A stretch of DNA of 64,000 bases from Deltaproteobacteria bacterium (GTDB lineage: Bacteria > Myxococcota_A > Polyangia > Polyangiales > Houyiibacteriaceae): NCBI GenBank assembly GCA_034670305.1, contig JAXMNT010000040.1:12480-76479 (forward strand), given 5' to 3'. A program made the position numbers and the translations under genes. A model generated the notes under the pieces. It was not told the DNA's origin, did not search any database, and saw nothing but the letters and a program-made list of their open reading frames with translations. Below, one piece after another: positions 29,813 to 39,328 of this stretch (positions are counted from its first letter, which is position 1; the number at the start of each line of letters is the position of its first letter).

Positions 29813-29897
29813 CCGTGGCGCGCTGAAATCCGTACGCGCCACCTGGAAGACGTGAGACCTTCACCCATCGCGACCGACGCGTCGCATGGAGGGATTC

Positions 29898-30248
29898 ATG
29901 GTCGACAAGAAGAACCTGGGCGCCGGCAAGGCAGGGGCAGTGGCTGGCAAGAAGACGGGTGGCAAAGGCGTGCCTGGCAAAGCTGCGGCACCGGCGAAGA
30001 CCGCTGCCAAGGGCGCGGGCAAAGCCGCCGCCAAGGGTGCGGGCAAAGTCGCCACCAAGGGGGCCGTCGCGGGCAAAGGCGCGGCCCTCGCCAAGGGTGC
30101 AGGCGCCGCTGGAAAGGGCGTGGGCAAGGTGGCCGGCAAAGGCGCAGCGCCTGCCGCCAAGGGCGCCGCCAAGGGTGCCGCCAAGCCTGCCGCCAAGGGT
30201 GCCGCCAAGGGTGCCGCCAAGGGGGGCGCCGCCAAGGGCAAGAAGTAG
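29898..30248 (+). CDS. Lys/Ala/Gly-rich basic low-complexity (histone H1-like) protein
   Basis: GGAGG RBS; repeated AAKG/KGAG units and only one acidic residue. Confidence 0.7.
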   Translation: MVDKKNLGAGKAGAVAGKKTGGKGVPGKAAAPAKTAAKGAGKAAAKGAGKVATKGAVAGKGAALAKGAGAAGKGVGKVAGKGAAPAAKGAAKGAAKPAAKGAAKGAAKGGAAKGKK

Positions 30249-30335
30249 CGTTCCGGACACGCCGGCGGATCTCTTCCGTCGGCGTCGTCCTCCGCTCCGG
30301 TTGACGATTCCAACCGGGGACTGCACGCCTTTGGT

Positions 30336-31682
30336 GTGAGTGCAGACTTCGACGAAGAGCGAACGGACCCTTCGAACCACGCGTTCGGGTCGTGCGCGCC
30401 GAAGATCTGGACGCCCGTGCCCGGCAGCACCTCGCAGGCCCTCGTCGAAGTGTTGGCCCGCACCGAGTGCCCCGCATTCACCGCGCGTCGGGCCCGTCGT
30501 GCCGAGACCTCGGGGGCGTCCGCCGATCCGATCGTCTGGACGCGGGCGGTTGGATCGAACGTCGGCGACGCCGACGGAAACATCTACGTCGATCTCACCT
30601 CTGGATTCGGCGTCGCGGCGATCGGGCATGCCCACCCCGCCGTGACCGCGGCGGTGACGGTGCAAGCGGCCAAGCTCTCACACGCGCTCGGCGACCTTCA
30701 TCCGTCCGCGGTGAAGATCGAACTCCTCTCACGGCTCTGCGCGATGGCGCCATTCGAGGATGCCCGCGCCGTGCTCTCGCTCAGCGGCTCCGACGCGGTC
30801 GAGACCGCGCTGAAGACCGCGATGCTCGCCACCGGAAAGCCGGGGGTCCTCGCATTCGACGGGGGCTACCACGGGCTCTCGCACGGACCGCTGGCCGCCT
30901 GCGGCTACAGCCTTGGGTTCCGGAGACCCTTCGCGGCACAACTCAACCCGCACGTTCGGTTCGCGTCGTGGCACGAGGTCGACGCTGGGGCTGCGATGGA
31001 AGCGGTGGAGCACGCGTGGACCGAAGACATCGGCGCGGTGCTCCTCGAACCGCTTCAGGGACGCGGAGGTTGTCGGCCCTCCGCGCCCGGATTTCTCGCG
31101 TCGCTCTCAAAGTTCTGCCGCCAGCGCGGCGCCTTGCTGATCGTCGATGAGATCCTCACCGGGCTCGGCCGCACCGGTCGTCCTGGTGGCCGGATGTTTC
31201 TCAGCGACGCGCTCGGCGCCTCGCCGGATCTTCTCTGCGTCGGCAAAGCACTCGGAGGCGGGCTGCCGGTGAGCGCGTGCATCGGGCGCGCCGAGGTGAT
31301 GCAGGCGTGGGGCGACCCCGATGGAGAGGCGCTGCACACCGGCACGTTCTTCGGTCATCCGCTCGGGTGCGCCGCGGCCCTCGCCGCACTCGACGTGCTC
31401 GAGTCCCTCGGCGACCGCGCGACGGTGATCGGCGAGGCGTGGCGCGCGCGGCTGCGACGCATCACCGGCCGGCCGGTCACGGGCGCCGGGCTGCTCCTTG
31501 GTGTCCGGTTCGACCACAACGTGCTCCCGCTCGTCGCGCGGCTGCTCGAACGCGGCTACCTGACGCTGCCCGCCGGCGCCGACGCACACACCCTGCAACT
31601 CGCGCCACCGATCCCGATCGACGAAGCACTCCTGCACGGATTCGACGCCGCGCTGGCCGAGGTCCTGGCGGACGCCGGATGA
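30336..31682 (+). CDS. Class III PLP-dependent aminotransferase
   Basis: DADGNIYVDLTSG, SGSDAVETALK, GYHG, EPLQG, DEILTGLGRTG, PDLLCVGKALGGG and HTGTFFGHP. Confidence 0.93.
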   Translation: MSADFDEERTDPSNHAFGSCAPKIWTPVPGSTSQALVEVLARTECPAFTARRARRAETSGASADPIVWTRAVGSNVGDADGNIYVDLTSGFGVAAIGHAHPAVTAAVTVQAAKLSHALGDLHPSAVKIELLSRLCAMAPFEDARAVLSLSGSDAVETALKTAMLATGKPGVLAFDGGYHGLSHGPLAACGYSLGFRRPFAAQLNPHVRFASWHEVDAGAAMEAVEHAWTEDIGAVLLEPLQGRGGCRPSAPGFLASLSKFCRQRGALLIVDEILTGLGRTGRPGGRMFLSDALGASPDLLCVGKALGGGLPVSACIGRAEVMQAWGDPDGEALHTGTFFGHPLGCAAALAALDVLESLGDRATVIGEAWRARLRRITGRPVTGAGLLLGVRFDHNVLPLVARLLERGYLTLPAGADAHTLQLAPPIPIDEALLHGFDAALAEVLADAG

Positions 31683-32719
31683 GTCCCGAGTCCGAACGCG
31701 CGCGGCTGCGCAGCGCGATCCTCGAGTTCATGCCGCGCTCGATCGAGTCGCCGGACGAGAAAGCGCTCGGTGCGTTGCTGGACGATGTCGCCGAATGGCA
31801 AGCCCGGCACGTGCCGCCCTACGCGCGGTTGGTCGCCGCGCGGGGCATCGGTGCAGCGCTCCCGACCGATGTGTTTCGACACGCCCGCGTCGCCGCGCAC
31901 CCGCTGTCCCAAGACGTCGCGGTGTTCCGCACGAGCGGCACGACCGCGAGCCCCGGCGAACACTTCTTTCGGTCGCTCGAACTCTACGAGACCGCGGCGC
32001 GGCTCTGGGCATCGCAGCTGCTTTTCCCGAGCGACGTGCGGATGCGCTTTGTGCTCATGGACACGCCGCGCCCCGGCTCGTCGCTGGCGCACATGGTGTG
32101 GTCGTTCACCGACTGGTTCTCCGCGGGCGATTCCAGCCAAGTGACCCCCTGCGATCCGAACAGCGCGGCAGAGGTCGCGCAGACGATCGAAGCCGCCGCT
32201 GGCGACGGTCCGGTGTGTCTGCTCGGCACCAGCTTCGCGTTCGTCTTTGCGGAGGAGGCCCTGCGCGAATCGGGTGCGAGCTTCCAGTTGCCCGAGGGCA
32301 GCCGCATCATGCACACCGGCGGCTTCAAGGGCCGCACCCGCGAGGTCGAACCCGCCCACATGATCGAACAACTCGCCGCGCGCTACGGCGTCGCGGAGAA
32401 TCACGTCGTCGCCGAGTACGGCATGACCGAGCTCAGCTCGCAGGCCTACGAGACCACGCTCACAGAGCCCAACACACCGCGCCGGTTGAAGTTCCCGCCT
32501 TGGGTGCGCGCAACCGCCGTCGACCCCGCGACCTTGGAGCCCACTGGCGACGCGCCCGGCATCCTGCGCCTCGAAGACCTCGCGAACCTCGACTCGTGTT
32601 GCCGGATCCAGACCGCCGACATGGCCCGCCGCGAAGGCGACGGTTGGGTGCTGCTCGGTCGCGCGCCCGGCGCGGTGCCACGCGGGTGTTCACTCGCCAC
32701 GGAATCGGCGCTCGCGTGA
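31679..32719 (+). CDS. LuxE-like acyl-protein synthetase
   Basis: FRTSGTT, HTGGFKGR, EYGMTELSSQ, DLANLDSC and C-terminal GR...RGCS. ATGA overlap with the upstream gene. Confidence 0.88.
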   Translation: MSPESERARLRSAILEFMPRSIESPDEKALGALLDDVAEWQARHVPPYARLVAARGIGAALPTDVFRHARVAAHPLSQDVAVFRTSGTTASPGEHFFRSLELYETAARLWASQLLFPSDVRMRFVLMDTPRPGSSLAHMVWSFTDWFSAGDSSQVTPCDPNSAAEVAQTIEAAAGDGPVCLLGTSFAFVFAEEALRESGASFQLPEGSRIMHTGGFKGRTREVEPAHMIEQLAARYGVAENHVVAEYGMTELSSQAYETTLTEPNTPRRLKFPPWVRATAVDPATLEPTGDAPGILRLEDLANLDSCCRIQTADMARREGDGWVLLGRAPGAVPRGCSLATESALA

Positions 32720-33882
32720 GTTACCGGGTGACCCGCGCCGATGAGGTACGCGCCCGCGTCGATGCGATCCGCGCAGCGGGCGTTGGCCTGCGCGCGCTGA
32801 CCAAGAAGGATCTGGAGGCTTTGTGTCGGGCGGTGCGGTGGGTCGCCGACGACAGCGACCTCCGTTCCGCGATCGCACGACGGACGGGTCTCTCGACGCC
32901 GATGGTCGAGTGGGGGCTGCGTACCAGCGTCGAATCGCTGGACGCGGAACGGCTGCTCGAGGTCCGCGAGCAGCTGGGGCTCGACTGGGAGAGCAACGCA
33001 TCGGGACACGTGGCGGTGGTGCTCAGCGGCAACCTCTTCACCGCCTGCCTCAAACCGATGCTCTGGCCGCTGGTGCTCGGGGTGCCCGTGATCGCGAAAG
33101 CCACGGCACGGGACGACGTGCTCGTCCGCGCCCTTGCGGATCGATTGCCCGATCCGTTCGCAAATGCGATCGCGGTCGAGACATTCTCTCGCGACGAGAC
33201 CGCGTGTCTTGAGGCACTGCTGCAGACGGACGTCGTCCACGTGTACGGTGGTGCGTCGGCGATCGAAGCGGTGCGTGCACAGGCACCGGCTCGGGCCTTG
33301 GTGGTGCCGCACGGGCACGGCTTCGGTGTGGCCTTGGTCTCCTCGGTGGGATTCGAAGCCACACAGGCAGACATGCTGGCGCTCGACGTCGCCGCCTACG
33401 ACCAGCACGGCTGCCTCTCTCCACGCGAAGTGTGGGTGGTGGGAGACGCCACTCAGGTCGCCATCGATCTCGCCGCCGCGCTGGATCGGTTGGAGGTCCG
33501 GCTGCCACGGGGTGCCGTGTCCGATTCGGGCGCTCAGCAAAGCTGGCTCGGCACTGTCCAGTCGCTCGGCGACGTCCGAGTGGGACACAGTTCGGTGGTC
33601 GCGATCGAACCGCAGGGCAGTGCGCTCCCCCGCGGGCTCGGAGACCGGACCGTCGTTGTCCGTGGGGTGGCCAGCTTCGAGGCGGCCGGACTGGAACTCG
33701 CTGCGCTCGGGCCGCACCTCAAGTGTGTCGGCTACTACTGGACGAAGGCCCACCCGACCGTCGTGCCGGTGCCACCGATGCCTTCGGCGCCGCGCTGCGT
33801 GCCGATCGGACAGATGCAGACGCCGTCGTTCTTCGACCGCCACGACGGATGGGAGCCCTGGCTCGGACTCGTCCGGCGCTGA
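32716..33882 (+). CDS. LuxC-like acyl-CoA/acyl-protein reductase
   Basis: VVLSGN, VYGGASAIEAVR, HGHGFG, DVAAYDQHGCLSP, IGQMQTP and HDG. GTGA overlap with luxE. Confidence 0.85.
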   Translation: MSYRVTRADEVRARVDAIRAAGVGLRALTKKDLEALCRAVRWVADDSDLRSAIARRTGLSTPMVEWGLRTSVESLDAERLLEVREQLGLDWESNASGHVAVVLSGNLFTACLKPMLWPLVLGVPVIAKATARDDVLVRALADRLPDPFANAIAVETFSRDETACLEALLQTDVVHVYGGASAIEAVRAQAPARALVVPHGHGFGVALVSSVGFEATQADMLALDVAAYDQHGCLSPREVWVVGDATQVAIDLAAALDRLEVRLPRGAVSDSGAQQSWLGTVQSLGDVRVGHSSVVAIEPQGSALPRGLGDRTVVVRGVASFEAAGLELAALGPHLKCVGYYWTKAHPTVVPVPPMPSAPRCVPIGQMQTPSFFDRHDGWEPWLGLVRR

Positions 33883-33885
33883 CGT

Positions 33886-34620
33886 TCAGACGCCGATGAA
33901 GAGGCGGTGGCCGAAGTTGCGTTCCAGTTTGGACTGGAAGATCTTCGAGGCGGCCGCTTCGATGTCGTACTCGACTCGGCGGAACCCGAAGGTGCGCGTG
34001 TCGGTGTCGAAGGTCGTGTAGCTCGCGCGGTTGTCGTAATCGCGCGGCTGGCCGACGCTGCCCACACTCACGATGTACTTCGCGCCCTCTTCCAGCTGGA
34101 AGTCCTGCGCAGTCATCTCTTCGACCTCGCCCGGCGTCAGCTTGAACACCTTGCAGAGGTGCGAGTGGCCGATGAGCGTGATGTCGCCGAGCTCGTCCCA
34201 GATCTGGAGACACTCGCGCGCCTGCTCGGGCGCAAAGATGTACTCGAACTCTTCGAGCCGAAGCGGTGAGCCGTGGCAGAGGTGCACGCCGCAGTCGAGT
34301 TCGTGTTTGTACGGAAGGGTCTTGAGCCAGTCGACGTTCTCTTCCGTCAAGATGCTGGCGTGGTAGTCGAGCGCCTGACGGGCCGCCTGGTAGTAGTACG
34401 AGTAGTCCATCCGGCCCGCGACGGCTGCGTCGTGGTTGCCAAGGATCGTCACCTTCGCGGTGTCTCGGATGATGTCGGCGCACTCGTTCGGACTCGCCCC
34501 GTAGCCGACCACATCGCCCAGACAGTAGAACTCGTCGATCGCCTCGGAGTCGTACCCCGCCATCACAGCCGAGAGGGCTTCGATGTTGGCGTGGACGTCG
34601 CTGAAAATCCCGAGGCGCAT
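33886..34620 (-). CDS. Metallophosphoesterase (calcineurin-like)
   Basis: SDVHAN, LGDVVGYG, GNHD, HGSP, GHSH and GSVGQPRD. Confidence 0.93.
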   Translation of the reverse strand: MRLGIFSDVHANIEALSAVMAGYDSEAIDEFYCLGDVVGYGASPNECADIIRDTAKVTILGNHDAAVAGRMDYSYYYQAARQALDYHASILTEENVDWLKTLPYKHELDCGVHLCHGSPLRLEEFEYIFAPEQARECLQIWDELGDITLIGHSHLCKVFKLTPGEVEEMTAQDFQLEEGAKYIVSVGSVGQPRDYDNRASYTTFDTDTRTFGFRRVEYDIEAAASKIFQSKLERNFGHRLFIGV

Positions 34621-34714
34621 GGGGGTGGGTCGCGACGCGGAGAGGTCGCAGACCGAACCTATCTTGTAGAGCCCGCGGGGACAATTGTCCACGACGGTTT
34701 CTCTGGGGTGAACC

Positions 34715-37399
34715 TCAGCCGCGGACCGCCGCGACCACTTCGTAGAAACGTCGGCTGAATCCATGCACCCCATCGTCGGGGTCTTTTCGGCTGCCCTGCA
34801 CGATCGCCGCATGATCGTCCACGAGTTGGCGGTGGGTGCGGGCTCCAGCCGCGAGTTTGCGGACCGAATCGTGGGAGTCGTCGTGCAACTGGTCGAGCTT
34901 GCCCACTTCGAGCCGAGTCATGTGTGCGATGGTGTAGGAGAAGCGCTCCCCCGCCCCTTTGGGCTCCCGCATGGCCCGGGCCAGTGTCCGGATCGCAGCA
35001 CTTCCGAACAGGGCCAGGACCCGCCCGACCTCGTGCCAGACCTCGGTCGGCTCGTCGCGCAGCAGCTGCACGAGTGGGGAGATCGCACGCCGGAGTTTCA
35101 ACTCCCCGAGGGCGAGGGCTGCGGCTTGTCGCACGAACGTCTTTCGGGCGGCGAGCGCGTCGATCAGGGCGTCGGCCCCCTCTTCTCCGAAGGCCACGAC
35201 GCGTGGCACCACCTCAAGCACCTCTTCGCGCGGCATCTTGCGGGTGGCGCGCAACACGAGTGGAACGAGTTTCGCGTCGGTGCGCGAGAGCAACTCCAGC
35301 GCAGCCGGCAAACGCATCTTCGGGTGCTCGAGCAGCTCGCTGAGACGCGGTGGCGGGAGCGTCTTCAGCTCGGCTTCCTCGACCACCGCCGGGCCGGTCT
35401 CTCCCTTGGCCGCGTTGATGTCTTTCCACGCCGCTTCGTGGGTGTCGCTGTCGAGCGCGACCTCGTACGCATCCGCGAGCGCGAGCAGCCGCTCCCAGTT
35501 GCGCGCGACCGCGTCCTCGGAGAGTCCGCCCCGCTCTGGCAGCGCCGCGGTGCCTCGGAACGAATCGGCCACCCGCAACACGAGCTCTCCAGGTTCTGCG
35601 ACGACGCCGAGCGAGACCGCCCGGGCGATGAGTCGCTCCGAGATCGCGACGCCGTGACGAATCGCGTCGTCGAGCACTCGACGGAAGCTGTCGTCCACCA
35701 GCTGGCGGGGAAGCGAGAGCCCGAGCAGCGCCAGCTCCATCTTGACCGGCGTGCTCCACTTCGAGAGCGCCGCGACGGCCTCGAGCGCTTCGGATGCGGT
35801 TTCGGCATCCGCTGCGACCACGAAGGGATGACCGCGAAGTCGGACGGGCGGGGGCGCCGCCAACGCACGCTCCATGGACGTGATGCCGTCTCCGGTGCCC
35901 TCGGCGCGGTCCGCGTGTTCCAGCGCCATCGCGAGGTTGAGTTCACGCTCGGGCACGTGAAGCTCCAAGGTACGTTCGTAGCTCCCCGACGGCCCGAAGA
36001 GCGCCACCTTCAATCGCAGATCGGTGCGCAGCAGATCGAGCATGGCGCGATCGCCCGCCTTGCGCGGATCGAACGCTGCCCGACGGACGTACGGGCGGTC
36101 GTCGCCCCAGTCGACGAGCGCCAGCAAGACGACCGGGTAGTCTTCGACGGCCACGTACTGCACGAGCAACTCGGCCCGTTTGCGGAAACTCTCTTCGTGT
36201 CCTTCTTCAAGGCGCGCGAAGAGCCAAGGCCCATCCGCCATGCGGGCCAACATCTGGATCTGCCGATCCTCGAAGAGTTCGGGAGGTGGGGTCGCGGCGC
36301 CGGAAAGCGGGCCATCCATCACCGGTGGCTGCTCGCTCCGGTGCACGCCGGTGGTGTCGACCTCGGCGATCTCGAGCACGTCCGAGTCGTCGAGTTCCTC
36401 GCCTTCGACCAGTTCTTCGACGTCCTCCAGCAACTCCGCGGCGAGCTCTTCCACGTCTTCCTCGTGCAACCCATCGGGTGCCTCAGAGACATCGCGCGGA
36501 TCGACCAGACCGAACGGCGCTTGCTCCAACCCATCGTCCGGCTCGACGATGTCCGGCTCCGCGTCGTCGACCAATTCAACCGACTCGACCAGCGGTGCGG
36601 GCCGTTCCGATTGCGCCATCGTCGGTTCCGCGTCGAGGTCGCGCACCTCTTGGACGAGGTCGTCGGTGAGCTCCCCGGGCAGATCGCCGGATGTGATCTC
36701 GTCCGCGAACTCTCCGAGTTCGGCGGCGTCGTCGGAGAGCGCGTGGACCTCTTCGAGCATGTCGCGCTCCCGTTCGCGCAAACTCTCGAACCGCGTGTCC
36801 AGCTCCTGCTCGCGGAGCGCGACTTCTCGTCGTGCGGCCTCGAGCCGTTCGCCTTCGAGTCGCAGCTCGTCTTCGCGCGCGGTCACCGCCTCCGCGCGTG
36901 CCCGCAAACGCGACTCCCGATCGGCGAGCAGTTCTTCGCGTGCTTCCGCTTCCCGCGCCCGGACCGCCCCCACCCCTTTGGCGTGGTCGCCGCTCACCCG
37001 CAGGCGAAGCGCTTCGAGCGATACGACAACTTCTGCGTCGGCGACGTAGGGCGGCACAGGATGCGCGTGGTCGTCGCCGATGCGGCGGAGCAGATCCGCG
37101 CGCTCGTGAAAGATGCGGTGCGCGAGGACCTGCGGGACCACGAGTACGAAGATGTGTCGGCTCGGGTCGTGGTAGACGAACGGAAGCGCCAGAGCCTGGC
37201 CGTCGTCGAGCACATGCAGCGTGCCGGACAGCGCCCGCTCGCCGAGACCCGGGTCGGTCGCCACGTTGACCACCCGGTGCAGCAGCACCGCGACCATGCC
37301 GCGTTTGCCGCCCGTCGCATCATCGGTGGGTGCGGGCACATGCACCGGTTCGGTGCGTGTCTGTCCCTCTCGGCCCTCGTACGCGAAATGTTCGGTCAC
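34715..37399 (-). CDS. Large protein: CpXC-like N-terminus, coiled coil, acidic linker, C-terminal HEAT repeats
   Basis: VNVATDP...LSGTL...PFVYHDP; long E/R heptads; D/E-rich linker; FVRQAAALALGELKLRRAISPLVQLL. Confidence 0.7.
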   Translation of the reverse strand: MTEHFAYEGREGQTRTEPVHVPAPTDDATGGKRGMVAVLLHRVVNVATDPGLGERALSGTLHVLDDGQALALPFVYHDPSRHIFVLVVPQVLAHRIFHERADLLRRIGDDHAHPVPPYVADAEVVVSLEALRLRVSGDHAKGVGAVRAREAEAREELLADRESRLRARAEAVTAREDELRLEGERLEAARREVALREQELDTRFESLRERERDMLEEVHALSDDAAELGEFADEITSGDLPGELTDDLVQEVRDLDAEPTMAQSERPAPLVESVELVDDAEPDIVEPDDGLEQAPFGLVDPRDVSEAPDGLHEEDVEELAAELLEDVEELVEGEELDDSDVLEIAEVDTTGVHRSEQPPVMDGPLSGAATPPPELFEDRQIQMLARMADGPWLFARLEEGHEESFRKRAELLVQYVAVEDYPVVLLALVDWGDDRPYVRRAAFDPRKAGDRAMLDLLRTDLRLKVALFGPSGSYERTLELHVPERELNLAMALEHADRAEGTGDGITSMERALAAPPPVRLRGHPFVVAADAETASEALEAVAALSKWSTPVKMELALLGLSLPRQLVDDSFRRVLDDAIRHGVAISERLIARAVSLGVVAEPGELVLRVADSFRGTAALPERGGLSEDAVARNWERLLALADAYEVALDSDTHEAAWKDINAAKGETGPAVVEEAELKTLPPPRLSELLEHPKMRLPAALELLSRTDAKLVPLVLRATRKMPREEVLEVVPRVVAFGEEGADALIDALAARKTFVRQAAALALGELKLRRAISPLVQLLRDEPTEVWHEVGRVLALFGSAAIRTLARAMREPKGAGERFSYTIAHMTRLEVGKLDQLHDDSHDSVRKLAAGARTHRQLVDDHAAIVQGSRKDPDDGVHGFSRRFYEVVAAVRG

Positions 37400-37563
37400 G
37401 AAACACGATCGGTATCACAGCAGGGCAATGTGGTCATCCGTGACGATCGCAGTCTGTGTCCGGGGACGGTCGGATCCGCCACCCATCCGGCCAGCCATCC
37501 GACCCAGTCACACGGCCGGCTCGACGAGGTGCCCGAACGGACATTGCGGGCTATGTCGGGGCG

Positions 37564-38184
37564 ATGGCCGACGCCCCGACCCACGTGACCGATCTGGCGA
37601 CCGCATGTGTGCACAGCGTGAAGCAGACGCTCGACATCGCGCTCGACCTCCAACCCGACACCCTGCCGATCCTCGACCACTATGTCCGTGAGATCCTCGA
37701 ACGCGACGCCGAGGGTCTGGCGCTCGGGGTATCGATCTGTGGGGCCTACTTTGGTGAGGTGGTGCGGCGCCGGTTCGAGTCGGTCCGGTGGTTCGCGCCT
37801 CAGGCGATCTCGGACGTGCTGCGCACAGAGGAGCTCGCGCACGGCGAGATGGCCGGCGACCCCTATCCCGAGTGGCGCCTCGAGTTCGAGCAGGTGTTTC
37901 TCCACTTCAACCCGCTCGGGGTGGCGCTCGAGGTGGCGGAGACCGCCGACGCGGCCGGCTGGAAGGCGCACCTCGGGGTGCAGAAGCGGGACCGTGAAGC
38001 CGTGGACGCATCGGTGGCGCTCTTCGGGGTGGCCCGAGAACGCGACTACTACTCGTTCACGGTTCGGTTCGAGGTGCTCGAGCAGGTGGTCGAGGCGCTG
38101 GTCCGCGAACGGCAACACCGCAAGGAGTCCCCTGGGTCCTACGGGCCGGTCGACTACGCGAGCGCGCCGTCCATCCTCTCCTGA
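37564..38184 (+). CDS. Hypothetical protein (DUF3806-like motif)
   Basis: LDLQPDTLPILDHYVR...GAYFGEVVRR. Confidence 0.6.
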   Translation: MADAPTHVTDLATACVHSVKQTLDIALDLQPDTLPILDHYVREILERDAEGLALGVSICGAYFGEVVRRRFESVRWFAPQAISDVLRTEELAHGEMAGDPYPEWRLEFEQVFLHFNPLGVALEVAETADAAGWKAHLGVQKRDREAVDASVALFGVARERDYYSFTVRFEVLEQVVEALVRERQHRKESPGSYGPVDYASAPSILS

Positions 38185-38241
38185 CGCCGCCGGAGGTTCG
38201 CGTCAGCGCTCTCCTGACGCCGCCGGAGGTTCGCGTCAGCG
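38176..38241. repeat. Exact 33 bp tandem duplication with internal hairpin, spanning two convergent stop codons
   Basis: CTCTCCTGACGCCGCCGGAGGTTCGCGTCAGCG x2; stem CTGACGC/GCGTCAG. Confidence 0.9.
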
Positions 38242-39324
38242 TGGAAGGTTGATGCGGCCAGGTACGACCACCGGCCGCCGCGCCGCGGTCTGCAGACCAA
38301 ACGGACGCATCGCACCCACCTGATAGGTCCCCGGCCGAAGTCCGACGAAGTGCGCGGTGGCGCCCCGGTCGACCCAGCCCACGGGCGTCCCACCAACCGT
38401 GACGATCATGCGGGCGCGCCCGCGGTTGGTGATGATGAGCCCTTCGCCCGGTGCATCGTCGGCGGGCTCCGGGGTCGGCCCGCGCCTGGGACTGATGCGC
38501 GCCATCAACTCCGGAGACAAGAACGCTCGATGCGCGACCTGCGCGGAAGGCCTCGGCGGGTCTTCGTGGTCGGCTCGGAGGGCTTCGCGCGGAACCTCCA
38601 CCGCCACATCCGCGGTGCGCTCCATCCGCCACAGGCCCACCCGCATGCTCGGCGGCGCCCCACCCTCCCCGCAGCGACGCGCGAGCGTGTCGGGGGGACT
38701 GTTCGTCCACTCCGCCACCAAACGACACAGCAGATCGCCCGGACCGCTCTGTTCACGGGACGGCGGGGTGTTGATCCGATAGCGGGGTTCGAACCGAGTG
38801 CGTCCGCCTTCGAACCACTGCGCGAGCTGCCCTGGTCCAAGCGGTCGCCCATCGGGACCATGGAATACGTACACGCCCGGCTCGTCGCGGCGCAATCGAA
38901 CCTCGGCTCCGGGCGGAAGTGACCACCCTCCTCCGGCGAAGCGTGCGCGCAGCCGGTCGCGCGAAACGTCCACGTACAGTTCGGCCGCTGGGCTCGGCAC
39001 CGACGGATCGGCGACGCCCAGACTTCGAGGCACACGCAGGGTCACCCGGTAGACGAGTCGCCGAGCGCTCTCGGGGGTGCCACGCGCATACTCGTCGTCC
39101 GCCGCGAACGCGGGTTGAATGCGACGCGCGCGGTCGGGTTCGGTCTCGCGGGAGGGCAAGCCTGGAACCGGCGCGACCACCTCTTCCGGAGTCGGCGCGG
39201 CGAGCGGGATCTGAGGCTCGGGCGGCAGCGGAGGCGCCTGCAACGGAGGCTCCCGACTCTCGCAGGCGAACATGCCGAGGCACAGAGACACGGCCGCAAG
39301 CAGCGTGCGCGACGACGCGTTCAC
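38236..39324 (-). CDS. Lipoprotein, hypothetical
   Basis: GTG start 4 bp after the upstream stop; lipobox MFAC and Pro-rich linker. Confidence 0.65.
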   Translation of the reverse strand: MNASSRTLLAAVSLCLGMFACESREPPLQAPPLPPEPQIPLAAPTPEEVVAPVPGLPSRETEPDRARRIQPAFAADDEYARGTPESARRLVYRVTLRVPRSLGVADPSVPSPAAELYVDVSRDRLRARFAGGGWSLPPGAEVRLRRDEPGVYVFHGPDGRPLGPGQLAQWFEGGRTRFEPRYRINTPPSREQSGPGDLLCRLVAEWTNSPPDTLARRCGEGGAPPSMRVGLWRMERTADVAVEVPREALRADHEDPPRPSAQVAHRAFLSPELMARISPRRGPTPEPADDAPGEGLIITNRGRARMIVTVGGTPVGWVDRGATAHFVGLRPGTYQVGAMRPFGLQTAARRPVVVPGRINLPR

Positions 39325-39328
39325 GCGT

